Shown here: positions 1 to 11,829 of the stretch, piece after piece
How positions within the stretch are numbered: the stretch's first letter is position 1
Layout of the letters: every line of letters begins with the position of its first letter
The notes under the pieces: model-generated
What the model was told of the DNA's origin: nothing
Databases searched by the model: none
The model's input: the letters and a program-made list of their open reading frames with translations, nothing else
NCBI GenBank assembly: GCA_029717555.1
Contig: JAMDHS010000069.1
Coordinates: 62,001-114,603, forward strand
Direction of reading: 5' to 3'
Length of the DNA stretch: 52,603 bases
Source: Peribolospora baueri
Lineage: Eukaryota
Program-made: the position numbers and the translations under genes

Positions 1-873
1 CCTCCTGACCCAGCAAGTGTGCGTCTCAGTGTGGAACTCGATGCCCTCAATACGCATGGGGTGACCGGCGGCCGCTCCGGCTCCGCAGAAGCTGGCTCTG
101 ATGGACCCGTGGGCAACGACCTGGCTTCCGTTCTCGAACGTCGTCGTCCATGACGCACGGGTGCATTCGACGACGTATGAGGCGACGGGGGTAAGGAAGG
201 CGCTGATGAACTGGGTGGAGGCGGAGGAGGGAGGTGGCGGTGGTGCCGTCGCGGCGGGGTATTCGCGCGGATTTTGGAGGGTAAGGGAGATGGAAAGGAC
301 GCCGGAGAGGAATTGGGTGTGGTAGTAGCGGGGGAGGACGGAGTTGGGTATCTCTGCGGGCGTTGGGAGAGAGAGAAAGACGTAAGGGCGAAAGCGACGG
401 ATGAGCGACAAGCGGCGAGCTAGCGAGAAAGAGAAGGGCGGGCGAAACATACCGAAAGCCTTGTTCTCCTTCATCGTCGAGTTCCAAAGATGGACGCGCT
501 GGATGCCGTTGGGGGTATAGAACTCTTTCGTGAAGCTTCGCCAGTAGTCCATGTCCGTTCGCTGTGACCGGCGGGTGGGAGGAAGAGATGAGCTGCTGCG
601 ACGCGGGCGTGCGACGTAGACGTGGAGCGGGCAAGGGGAACACGGCGGACTCACGTCAGGACCAGAGGAGAGCGCCTCGCCATACTGCAGCAATCTGAGC
701 ACGGCCTCGCCATGAAGGGCCCTCTGAGGAGCGTGCGGATGCTGAGCAGGGTGGTGAGGGAGCGCGTGAGGATGAGGGAGAGGATGGGGCTGGGGGTGTT
801 GGAGCTGCGGGGGCGGGTGATGGAGCTGTTGGAGGTGGGGGCCGGAATGCGGGCTCTGGTGAAGGGCCTGCAT
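1..873 (-). CDS. LIM-domain-binding (LDB/Mfg1/PtaB/Adn1/SEUSS-like) transcriptional co-regulator; spliced, 3' end runs off the window
   Basis: Manual splice from ATG at 873: His/Pro/Gln-rich MQALHQSPH...GEAVLRLLQYGEALSSGPD | RTDMDYWRSFTKEFYTPNG...KAF | EIPNSVLPRYYHTQFLSGV...VVECTRASWTTTFENGSQVVAHGSIRASF. This matches the LIM_bind domain pattern; introns are GT-AG. Confidence 0.8.
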   Translation of the reverse strand, partial: MQALHQSPHSGPHLQQLHHPPPQLQHPQPHPLPHPHALPHHPAQHPHAPQRALHGEAVLRLLQYGEALSSGPDVSPPCSPCPLHVYVARPRRSSSSLPPTRRSQRTDMDYWRSFTKEFYTPNGIQRVHLWNSTMKENKAFGMFRPPFSFSLARRLSLIRRFRPYVFLSLPTPAEIPNSVLPRYYHTQFLSGVLSISLTLQNPREYPAATAPPPPPSSASTQFISAFLTPVASYVVECTRASWTTTFENGSQVVAHGSIRASFCGAGAAAGHPMRIEGIEFHTETHTCWVRR

Positions 874-1227
874 TCGGTATTCGGTAGGGGTGTGGAGAGG
901 GTGGAGGAGGCCAAGGATGAAGGAGAACGGGTGGAGGATGGGAGGGCGGCGGTGACTAAGTGGATAGGAGTGGCTCCGCGTTGGATGGTGGTCGATGGGT
1001 CGACGGTGGTGGTGGTGGTTGGTGGACGTCGTCGTCGTCGTCGACCGGTCGAATCAAAGGTGGACGAGCATCGAACAATATTAAGTCACTTCACGGCATG
1101 CAAAAAGGAGAGCAGAGGAACAGACGGACGGACGGACGGAGAGATAGAGAGATGGAGACAGATTGGTAGGACGATGGAGGAGATGGGATGCGAAAGGCGG
1201 ACTCTCCTCGCCCAATGGATCGTCGTC

Positions 1228-1340
1228 TTCTTTCTTTCTTCTTCTTCGTCTTCGTCGTCGTTGTCGTCGCCGTCTTCTTCGTCTTCTTCTTCTTCTCCGT
1301 CGTCGTCGTCGTCGTCGTCGGTGGTGGTGGTGTCGACGAT
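1228..1340. repeat. Compound trinucleotide microsatellite (TTC/GTC/GTG)n
   Basis: Visible runs tcttcttcgtcttcgtcgtcg...gtggtggtg in the divergent intergenic region; they generate the poly-S/R ORFs in the track. Confidence 0.85.
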
Positions 1341-1486
1341 GACGGCCCCGTCGCTCGGCCAGCCCCGAAATAAAATTCGATAAGTAGACGACCGTTTCGG
1401 GTAAACAACTGTTTAACCGCCATTTCAAATTATCCGCAGTCTTTTCCACCCACCCTCCGATGAAGCAAGCGCCTCTGCGCGGTAAG

Positions 1487-1531
1487 CAGACGACAACCAC
1501 AACCACAACCACAACCACGACAACGACCACC
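1487..1531. repeat. (ACAACC)n hexanucleotide microsatellite just upstream of IMP3
   Basis: acaaccacaaccacaaccacaaccacgacaacgaccacc. Confidence 0.85.
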
Positions 1532-1562
1532 TACAAGCCCAAGCGACCAGCGTGCGGCCAAG

Positions 1563-2665
1563 ATGAGACAACTCAAGCACCACGAAAAGAAGCTGCTCAA
1601 GAAGGTCGACTTCTTGGAGGTGCGTCTCCCTCCTCGCTACCTTGCCCGCTCGCAGTCGATCACCGCGTCCCTCACCGCATTCCTCTTCCAAACAGTGGAA
1701 GCATGATGCTGGCTTGCGAGAAATCAAGGTGATGCGAAGGTATCACATCCAGAACAGGGACGATTACCACAAGTGAGCCGCCGCCGCGGCGTGGCCCCGC
1801 TCGAGCTCCCACCCGCATTGCCTTCCGAGCTCATCCTTTCGCTCCCTCCCGTCGCTCGCCCGCCGTTCCGCAGGTACAACAAGCTCGTCGGCCTGGTCCG
1901 CTCTCATGTCCAACGCCTCTCCCTCCTCCCCGCCCAGGATCCCTTCCGCGCCAAGCAAGAGTCCCTCGTGCTCGGAAAGCTTTACGATATGGGCCTCGTC
2001 GATACGGGCACCAAGATGAGCGACGTCGTCGACAAGGTCACCGTCTCGAGCTTTTGTAGGAGGCGCCTGGCCGTCGTCATGGTCAGGAATCGGATGAGCG
2101 AAACGGTCAAATCGGTTAGTACGGCGTGTAGAGCGAGCGGGCGAGCCGGAGAGAGGCTGAAATCCGAGTCTTTTCCTATCGTTTTCCTCCGATCTCCCCC
2201 TCCCCGCAGGCCGTCAAATACATCGAACAAGGTCACATTCGAGTTGGTCCGGACACCGTCACCGACCCGGCCTATCTCGTAACGAGGTGAGCTAGCGCTG
2301 TTCACCCACTCCGCCCGTCTTCCATCCCACCTCTTCCTCCTCCGTGAGGCGAAGCTGCAACGGACGAGCAATCTCACCCCTTTTCTTCCTCCTACTTTCC
2401 TTATCCACTGTCCCAACCTATCTCCAATGGCCAGGAATATGGAAGATTTTGTCACATGGGTCGACACTTCCTCGCTCAAGCGCAAGATCATGAAATACAA
2501 CGACGAGGTGCGTGCTGTCTGCTCGCTTTCCTTGGCTCGGCTTTGGATTCGCGCCGTCCGCCGGCGCTCATTGCTTTCCCCTCCCCTCCTGTGTTCGCCT
2601 GTTCCCACGCCCTCCTCGCGTTTTGCATTTCCTCTTCCCAGCTCGACGACTTCGACCTGCTGTGA
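1563..2665 (+). CDS. IMP3: U3 snoRNP protein Imp3 (S4 RNA-binding domain), 6 exons
   Basis: [19 protein letters not shown] | [26 protein letters not shown] | YNKLVG...[16 protein letters not shown] | [26 protein letters not shown] | [24 protein letters not shown] | LDDFDLL*. Confidence 0.97.
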
Positions 2666-3082
2666 ACCGAGCCGTCCGTGCCTCCACCCATCCGTCCTTG
2701 GTGACACTCGCGCCATCCTCCACAACGGCCGTCACCTATGTACGCATAGGGACTGCCTCCTCCCGGCTGGTCCGCAAGGACCTCCGTGTTGCCTTTCCTG
2801 TCTCTCGCCGCCGACTGATCGATCCGACCGTTGCACCTCATAGCTTTCCATGTACTATTAGACCAGACGTGTAGGCATGTTCGTAGAATCGACGATTTGA
2901 CCAGACGTCCCTCTCGTTTGCGTCCGTCTTGAATGTTCTCGCCGCGCTTGTCCGCGACGGCATTAAGCGGAGGATTAGCGCTCGACGAACTCGACTTCGA
3001 TCGAGTCCATTCCCTTCATTGCCATCCTTCTTCCCGTCCTCCTTTCCACCGTCCTACTCCACCGACCTTGAGACCGTCCAAA

Positions 3083-3758
3083 ATGTCCTCCGCTACCGGT
3101 CTTGACGAGGCTTCCCAGGTGAGTTGGAACCAATTCGAGTCATCTCTGCGTTGTTTTGGCCCCGGTCCGATTCCCGTCCGTCCGGGAACGCCTCGCGCTC
3201 ACTCTCCTTCTCTCCTCTGGACTCCGCCCTTCTCCTTCCTCCTTGACGTCCCTTCCTCGAAGCGAGAGCTAGCCTCATTCCTCGAGGCCGAGCAGGCCAA
3301 GGCCAGGGTGCAGAGCTCGATCCACAACTTTACCCAGGTCTGTCTCAATCCTCTCGTCTCATCCTGTGGGACCGCTTCGCTCCCCCTCTATGCAGTCACG
3401 CCTTCGTCGTTGACCCTTTGTTCTTATTCCGCCCCCCTTTTTTTTATCCTGCTCTCGTCGCTGACGACACGGTGTCGCGTTCTAGATGTGTTGGGACAAG
3501 TGCATCACCGGCGGCGTGTCCACCCGCTTTGGTCGCGGCGAGGAGGCGTGCCTGTCCAACTGCGTGGAACGGTGAGCATCGCACCCCGATGGCTTACCTC
3601 GCCTCTCGCCGTCGTTTCCCGTCCGCGTCCGACTGACTCGCTGCACCTCTCCCCACTTTCTCCCGCTTTGCCTCGCCGCACCTGCCAGCTTCCTTGACAC
3701 GTCATTATTCATGGTCCAGCGACTGCAGGAGACGCAGAAGCAGATGGGGAACATGTGA
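3083..3758 (+). CDS. TIM8: Mitochondrial intermembrane-space chaperone Tim8 (twin CX3C), 4 exons
   Basis: MSSATGLDEASQ | RELASFLEAEQAKARVQSSIHNFTQ | MCWDKCITGGVSTRFGRGEEACLSNCVER | FLDTSLFMVQRLQETQKQMGNM*. Confidence 0.95.
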
Positions 3759-3980
3759 TGTATCCTTACCATGCCTCGCGATCGCAATTACTCTCCGCTC
3801 CCATGTTCCGGTTCAAGCCGTGCGCCCTCGACTGACTCGCAGAGTTGGTAGTGCAGCGCATCTTTGGCTTTGGCGAGGTGAAAGAAGAAGCGCAGCTAAC
3901 GCGGGCGCACAGTTACGCACGGGCTGACACTGCCGACGGAGACGGGTTATCGCATAGACGGCCTGCCAACGAAGATTTTT

Positions 3981-4232
3981 AAAAAAAAAAAAAAAAAAAA
4001 AAACGACCCGGGCGGAAATTTTACTCTTCCAGTGATCAGTGTCAGGGAAAACTCAGGCCTCGTCTCAGAGAATGAGTAAGGGAAGGTTAGCGAGATCAAG
4101 GACAAGAAGGTTACAGCAGTAAGAAGAGACGGGTCTTCAAAAGGGAGGGAGGATAAAATAGCGAGAAGAAACAGGTCTTCAACGAGGAGGGAGGATAAAG
4201 CAGCAAGAAGAAACGGGTCTTCCACAGGGAGG
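3981..4232. repeat. A23 tract followed by about three degenerate 42-bp tandem repeats
   Basis: Poly(A) at 3981-4003. A unit like gcaagaagaaacgggtcttc..agggagggaggataaa recurs three times at about 4116-4232, giving the 14-aa repeat EDPFLLAALSSLLV in ORF 3947..4225. Confidence 0.75.
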
Positions 4233-4490
4233 GAGGACCTCGCGCGCCGTCATAGGGTCACGGCGCAGACGAAGAAAGAGCTTCGAGAGTGAGTCGAGGC
4301 CTGGCGTGCTCTTTCCAAACGACCACCGATAACGCTCAAGCCTTTTTCGAGCGCTTGATCTCGCATTCACATACTCCATCTAGAGACAGTCCGACGCGGT
4401 GAATCCAAGAGGAAATAAATTCCATCCGGCGACGGTAGAGAATCCGTGTCACGAACGGCTGTCACGAACCGCGTCCTCCTTTCACCCTAA

Positions 4491-7400
4491 CTACCTCTGC
4501 CCCCTCCTCATCAAGTTCCTCCTCACTCTCCGACTAGCTCCACCCGCGCCCCTCTCCTTCTCTCCGACACCTTCCCAGGAGAGGTACGGTACCTCCTTCC
4601 AAGGCACGCCGCACAACGTGCCTCCCCCATCTCCGTTGCTGCCTCCAGCTCCTTCTCTCACTTCTCCGCGATCTTTAGAGGGAATGGGACCGTCGAGGTA
4701 GGCCCAGATGGGAAGTTCGAGGTCGCCTTTTACGAGCGCTAGACGGCGGGCCGGCTCCGAACGAGGTGGTGCGCCGAGTCGACGAGCCGACGAATAGCGC
4801 TGGCCGAGATCACGGTCCTCGTCGTTGAGGTGAGAGGCCAGGCCGCGAGGATGCAGCGGCGTGAGGAGATGAAAGGAGGAGGAGAGAGGATCGATGGAGC
4901 GCACGATCGCTAGGCCCAAGCAAGTGCTCGACCCAAACGGCGGCCCGGCGTGGCTCCCGACGCCGGACATGGAGATAGGCACGTATTGTAGTGGCCGAGG
5001 GTGGTCGCGGAACTGGCTGGACGACTGTTCGCCGATCGCCCGAGCGTTAACGGTCCTCAGCCCGTCCGCTCTGCCATCCTCTTCCTCATCCTCCAGAACG
5101 ATGATGCCCACGACCGAGCCATTGAGGGCACGGAGGACGTGCTCATACTTGACCCCCTGAGCCTCTCCCACCATCCACGCTCCTCCTCGTAACCCTTCAC
5201 TCCACTCGACCGTCCAAGGCGGCCTCGCCAGCAGGGACAGTTCAAAATCCCATGTGACGTGCACATGACCGCCGCCGTTGTCTTCGCCGCCGGGGCCAGA
5301 AGGTGGGAGCCGGGCGTAGAAATATGCCATCATGGACAAGGCACGCAAATCCGCCGCGTTGTGTCTCTCCCCGCCTCCCGTCGAGGACGAGGAAAGAAGG
5401 AAGGGTTCGAGCTGACATACGTGCAATTGCGCCGGCCCTGAGCCTCTCGAACCGATAGAAGACGAGAAGATGGGCGAGTCGTTGTCGACGCGCGCGATTC
5501 CATTCGTCATCATCTCCCCTCCACCCGGAAAGCTGGCTCTGGCGGCAAGCTCGATGGCAAAGTCGTCTCCACCCAACAACCCGTCGGGAGGAAGAAAGCT
5601 GACGATGAGGTTAGGTCGCATAACCGCCTCTATACGGGCCAGCAGATCGACACCTAGTCCCTTCACCCAACCCTGCGTGTTGATCACGAGTGGGACGACC
5701 GAAGCCATCTTCGGCTCTTGCCCCTGATCGTCGAGCGTCTCGTCTCCGGACGGCGGTGCGAAAGGTGCAGATTGGGCAAATTGGACATGCAGGCGAAAGT
5801 GCTCGAAGAGATCGGAGAGCGCACTGAGGTAGGTCGATGGGGCCGAGCGGGGAGAGGTGGAACCGATGAAGTGCGCGCGAAGCGGGACGCAGGGATGCGT
5901 GAAAGGCGGTCCTGACGTTAGCAAGGACAGGATACAAAGCAGAAGCGACAAGCGACATCGTCCATAATCAGTGACGCGTCAGCGACGAGGGCAGACTTCG
6001 AAGCTGCACACACCAAGTAATGGCTGATCCAGGAGGGTGAGCGAGACGATGCCAGCCGGGGTGAATTCGGACTGACCGAGGTCGCACTCGAGGAAGGCAA
6101 CCCTCTGGTACCTGGGACGAGCCAAATAGCCCAAGCCAGAGTAAGACAAATAGTGGATGCCATGTCTTCTACACTATACTCGCTCACCTCGTCAACAACC
6201 TATTGACAGCCAACCGTGCAAAGGTGCTCTTGCCCACCCTCTTCGGACCGCGCACGAGGACGACAGGCGGATTCGCTTCTGCGTTCGCCTCCGTCTCCGC
6301 CCTTCCAATAGGCTCCTCCTCCTCCTCCTCCTCTTCCTCGTTGTCCCTGTCCATTTCCAAGGAACGACGCGCTCGAGCTTGCTCCTTCTCACTCGCGGAC
6401 CATGGCGGGGGGCAGAGGTCGTGTAGACAGGCAGACCAATCACGTGGCAACTTTTGACTTCGAAGATCTGGCTTGAGGGTCAACATCTGTTCCAAAAACG
6501 GACGGTAGAAGACGACCACCATGTGAAGACGTGAACGGCCGAAACCTTTGGTGGTCGAGAGTGAAGCTTTATTGACTCACGGGAAAGAATCCCGTGATAC
6601 CCCAATCCTCATTCTTTCCCTCCTCCTGCGTCCCTCTCCACCTAGGCGGGTCAAAAGAGTCCTTGAAAGAAGGTATGACCCTCGCCACCCCTTCTATTCC
6701 GCTCCGCAGAGGACGCAGCCAAATTACGGAGGCGAACCTTGTCTGGGGTGGAGAGAAGTTTGCGGGTAGTGAGAAGGGGAGTCGATGTGGCATCTTTTTC
6801 GGCCGACGAGTCCGATGTCGGGTGGATAAGGCCACGGGCCGTATGACGGCCAAAGGATGGTGCTTTGGGGAGTAAATGGGATACGACCGTTTCGACGGGC
6901 CAGAGAGCAGGGCGCCTAGCACGGAGACAGAGCCGTGGAGGACGGTCAAAGAGACGGAGCCGGAGAAGACGATGGACTGGGAGAAAGGAGATGTGCGAGA
7001 GAATGCGAAAGAATGCGAGAAGAGTTGTGAGACGACATGTTGAAGACTGGCGGTCCAATTCCACTCACTTCTCCGTCTTTCAACCCCACGACAACGCCCT
7101 CGCGCTCCTCATCGCTCGCCGCCGCCTTCACTCTGCCGTCTTGGGCAACTTCGCTCAGGTACACAAGGTTCTTCTCCTCTCCACCTGTCTTGACGGTGAA
7201 GTTTGATTCCACGCCCCCGTCTGCCAATGTTGCTTCACCGGCGTCGCCGCCTCGCTCAACGGCAGGCTCGTGCTCGTGCTCGAAACGCGCCCTCTTTCCG
7301 CTCGGATCACCATCCCCCGTCCCGCGCGCCATGGAGCCTTGGGCGCCTTTTCGAGATGATGTCCTCAAAGGTTGTTGAATTAGATCGTCCCCCAACGCCA

Positions 7401-8286
7401 AATCCGTCGGGACGGCTCCTCTTCCTCCTTCTTCTTCTTCCTCGTCACCGAGACGAATGAAAGAGTGCTCCTGCTCGACGAAATCTAGTCCGGCAGAATC
7501 TTGGGCCATCGTAACCCCGTCCTTGTGCCCCTTACTCAATCGCTCTCCGGGTGCCTTTTTAGCCTCGACCGACCCGTCATAGTAGCGACTAAAGCGAACG
7601 TCGCTGCCGTCATTGGAGGAGCGGACATCGAACGATGCAAAGTCAAAGTCCTCGGGGTCTACGGCGGAAGGGGAAGAGGAGACGGAGGACGAGGAGACGC
7701 TCATCTCCTTCTCAATGTCCATTTCACCATCCTCGGCCGCCCGGTGAGCCTCTAGCCGAGTCGAATTGACGGGTTTCGACCTGGGTGTGGAGGAGGAGGA
7801 GGACGGTAATGTCCTCGCTTGCTTGCGGCCTTTCTTCACCTTTCCAGTCGACGAGGACGATGTGGCACGGCCTTCTCGCCCTCGTTCGCTCGTGATACGG
7901 GGCTTTTCTTGATGAAAGGCACCAGGACTTCCCTCCGCCGCAGAGGCAGACGTTGGCGCGACCCTCCTCCGTTCGCCATCAGGCTCAGACTTGGACGCCG
8001 CCTGAGCCGCCCGAGCCGCTCTTCGAGCAGCGATGGCGCTCATGGGCGCATTAGCGGACCCTCGCAAAGGTAAATCCTGCTCCTGAACGTCCTCCAAAGC
8101 TGCAGACGACGCTCCTACTGCTGCTGCCGCCGCCGCCGCTTTACGCGCAGCAACAGCGCTCATGGGTGCAGGCGAGGAAGAAGACGAGGTGGAGGCATTG
8201 GAACGAGTGACAGTAGTTGCTGAACTCGCCGCTGATGACTGCGCAGCGTCAGCTTCAGAAGGGCGTTTTCGCTTCGCGGCTGGCAT
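4491..8286 (-). CDS. GRC3: Polynucleotide 5'-hydroxyl kinase Grc3/NOL9 (Clp1 family), multi-exon
   Basis: Walker A VVLVRGPKRVGKSTFARLAVNRLL; VPLVINTQGWVKGLGVDLL; CLGLAIVRSID...FHLLTP; C-terminal VPYLS...RRNLMRR; long low-complexity N-terminus starting MPAAKRKR. Confidence 0.92.
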
Positions 8287-8725
8287 GTCGCAAGCCGCAG
8301 GAGAATGGTGAAAGGTGGACAGGTGACGATGAAAAGGAGCGAGGTTTCCGGTAAGGGAAGTGGTGCAGGGGTCGATCGAGAAGAAATGCTGCGGCACCTC
8401 GGTGGTTTCTGGCTGGCCCCCGGGTCGCGAGCGCATCATCGTCAATCAACTTTGCAAGAGCGACATTTCAAAGATCCCGTGAATTATCGTGACCCTTCTC
8501 GACATCCTGGAAGAACAGTCGCATAGACAGCTCGCTCTTTTAGTGAGTGTGTATCATACAGTGTTCGTATGCCAGGGGCGGCCGGATAGATGACGGATGA
8601 ATGGAGTTTTCCGTCTCCAATAAGAACCACACTTCGAGAACGACGACGAGAAGGAATGGTTCCAAACGCAGAATGCATCCGACAGCGCGAGCTCATCTCA
8701 GAGCTCGAGCGTTCAGCATGGGACT

Positions 8726-9740
8726 TCAAGCTACGGGCTGGATCAGCGTGATGTTGTCACCCTTGAGGAGGATCCGGCCTGGCCGAGGTTGGATTCGAGC
8801 CAAGAGACAACAAAACGATGAGTAACCAGAAGAGTGTCATGAAACGGGTAACAGCAAAGACAAAAATTCATTAGTCCGACAGATCCAAATCCACCACGCA
8901 TCTGTCTGTCTGCTGGAAACATTTCTGTAATAGACTCACCAAGCTCCCTTCGCTTCTTGTCGCCCTTCTGCCATACCTCCTCCGCTTCGTCCACCGTCAC
9001 GTTCATGAACTCGTCGAATCCCTGACGGTGTGACATTTATAGAATTGAAAATAAGGCAGAATAAAGGGAGAAAAAACCGTCAGGAGGAAAGGAAAATAGC
9101 TGAGCACTTGAACCGAAGGGGCCAGAGCGAGCACTCACGATGATCTTGCCCTCGATTCGGAAGTCCAGGTTGTCGTACAGCCAGATTTGGATTTTTGTTC
9201 TCTGAGCCGGGCATCATACGTGCATCAAACATGCGCGCATCAGAATATAATGCAAGAAATTATATAAAGGCAATGAGCGAGTTAGTTGTCGAGTCAGGAA
9301 GTATCCATGTCCCACGCGAGCCCAGCCAGCGACCGTATCTGGCCAGGATGAGTTAACCGGACATCCGAAACAACGATTCTGATAAAAAGAAAGCTCACTC
9401 ACCGCCTGCAAGTGCTTGAATATGACGTTCTGGATTAAAGATCAAAGAGAAAAATGCAGCAAGACGCGGACGGTCAGTCAGCCAGTCAGTCCAACTCAGC
9501 CTGAGGAATTCATCAGTCGTCCATTCGCTCGTCCGCTCGCGCGCCATCCGCCTACCGGTCCATCCGCCCACCCTTCAACTCGTCCGTACATCCATGCCGC
9601 CTCTTATTATGCTGGCCTCACCACTCGCGCCTTCTACGAGACCACCAGCGACGGCGTCACACGACAAGAAGAGATCACAAAGAATCTGCTCCGACACTCA
9701 CGATGGGCTGGACCATCACCCGTTGCTGACGACCTGACAT
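8726..9740 (-). CDS. SME1: Small nuclear ribonucleoprotein Sm E, 5 exons
   Basis: MSGRQQRVMVQPI | NVIFKHLQA | RTKIQIWLYDNLDFRIEGKII | GFDEFMNVTVDEAEEVWQKGDKKRRELG | RILLKGDNITLIQPVA*. Confidence 0.96.
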
Positions 9741-10655
9741 GGTGGGCAGGTGGTTTTCTTCCTCAACTTCCTTTGGTTCCTCGCGTGCCTAAGATTTCGT
9801 GAGCTGCCTCTTTGGACGAGCTGGACTGGTGACTGAGTGGTGGTTGACCGAGGTAGAAGGCAACGATGGTAGGAAGGTGGCCTTTTCGGTACGCGCACGA
9901 TCGTCGGATGGATGGCTTGCCGCAGCAGGGAGGCCGCAGCGAGCATGTGCACACCTCCCATCCTCCGCGGAGGCGTCCAACTACCACCACCACCGTTTAC
10001 TGACCGACCAACTGTGTGCCCGTTCTTCCATTCCTGTTCACTGGACACCTTGATTTCCCCGCCTCTTCCAAACCCGCCGTGGGTGCCACTGTAACCATCA
10101 TTAAGCTATCGTCAATCTCCGCGCTCCTCGCGTGAGCAAACTCGTGCTCTTAGTGAAATTGCTGCCAAGTCAGTATCCGACGTGCCGTGTTAAGGCAGCC
10201 TGCAAATACGGTCGTCACCGAAGCGCGCGCATGCAAGCCGTAGCGCTCAAGCCACTCTGGGGAAAGGAGATACTGCGAGAGTGAATTGACCGTCACCCTT
10301 GGAGACTGGCCAAACCTCGAGCGCGCCGTCCTTCGTGTTCGCGAGCTCGCAAGGGGCCATGGACAAAAACGAAAAGAATCAGTCTGGGAAAGAGAATGTG
10401 ACGGTAGCTCAGGTCATTATCCCCTGCGGTGCATGCCAAGAGATGGTTTTGCCCATATCGGTCTGAGGTCGTCTAGGGAGGTGCTACAAACCGTCTTCAA
10501 TTGGTCGGATTCTCCCTAAGTCGCTGAAGAGGCAGCAGTTCTCTCCGTCGCTCCTAGCTTCCTGAACGTGTCGACTTTGAGGGCGCGAGCCGAGCCTGCC
10601 CTTCTGAGCGCTGCCCATTGCCGAGGACCAAAGCGGACGCATTCTCATAGTATAT

Positions 10656-11544
10656 TCAATCGCTCAATCCAGAGCTTCCTTGACCGTCGTCGTCGTCCCC
10701 TTTCCGCCTCCCCGTGCTCTTCTTCGGTCTCCCTCTGCCCCTTGTCCTCGTCGACGCAGCAGCGGTCGATGACGACGTACTGCTCCTCTGTCCCCTCGCC
10801 TTGCCCTTATTGCCTCCCGTCGGAGGCACCCACTCCTCGTCATCTCCCTCAACGCGCTCCTCTTGCGGAGCAATCCGTCTCGGCGCGATGAGCTGCTCGA
10901 ACTCGTCGAAGGGCAATTCAAAATCTGTCGCTCGCCGGTGTGGAAAGGCGGGCGGGAGGCGGAAGGAAGGGTGAGAGGGTGAGAGACGGCGTTGTCTCGC
11001 TGAGGAGCCGGAGGGGGGCGGGGAGGGGGAGGGGGAAGAGGAGGAAGAAGACGAATCTTCCTGATAGTGGAACAGCGTGCGACGCAGATGTCTCTCAGCT
11101 TGCCGGCCATTGCGAACCTTTGCCGCTCATCTCAATAGACAGCGGGTCGAAACGAGACCCCATGTTCGAGACCAAAGATCTCACCATGTCGTCCAAAGCC
11201 TCCAGATCGTACATGCTCTCCAGCTGCTCCCACACGTCCTTGCTGTCCAACACGAACTCCTGTCCGTCCCCTCCCGCTCCCACATCCCCATCCTCTCCTT
11301 CTTCCTCCTCCCTCGCCTCCTCTCTCTGAGCTGCCAGCGCGTCCGATAGGTCTCGCAGGATGGCGAATGCGTGAAAGTGCTTGTGCACGCCTACGGGTCG
11401 GTGGGCCATGATGGAGCGGAGGAAGGAGAGGGTCACAGGCAGATTCGATCCGATCAACGGTTTCGGATCGGACGTCGAGGGGGACGAGGCTGGGTGGGCG
11501 GCTATGGGCGAGGAAGCAGAGCGGTGTGATGCGGAGGTGGGCAT
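10656..11544 (-). CDS. EAF7: NuA4 complex subunit Eaf7/MRGBP family protein
   Basis: LSFLRSIMAHRPVGVHKHFH...DVWEQLESMYDLEALDDM and DFELPFDEFEQLIAPRR, followed by a low-complexity tail with GRGRPKK. One intron near 11100-11184; the 3' end is approximate. Confidence 0.85.
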
Positions 11545-11829
11545 GGCGAGGGCCCGGAAGATAGAGCATATAGTGGTGAAGCGGGGGTGGTGGTCAAGGA
11601 TGAGATGGGAGCACCACTGGAGAGGATGGCGAGGGAATGTGGCGATGGAGACGGAGATGGTGATGTGATGACAGAAGAGAGTGGACGACGACTTGTTTGC
11701 GGAGATTGATGCGATGGTCGGGCGGAAGAAGATGCATGCCGTCAATCCATCGCCGTCGATCTGGCGTCGCTGGCTGGAAGACGATTGTATGCGCTCGTGT
11801 ATGCGCGCCGCCAATAACAGCCCTCAGCA

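Noticed and set aside
622..1732. Long ORFs with poly-Ser, poly-Arg, poly-Val and poly-Thr
   Set aside because: They are translations of microsatellites and the antisense of the LIM-binding gene's first exon.
2933..3697. 254-aa ORF over TIM8
   Set aside because: Read-through of TIM8 introns; the spliced Tim8 model explains the region.
9203..9700. Longer SmE introns as snoRNA hosts
   Set aside because: No convincing C/D or H/ACA box arrangement was seen by eye; an Infernal/snoscan search would be needed.
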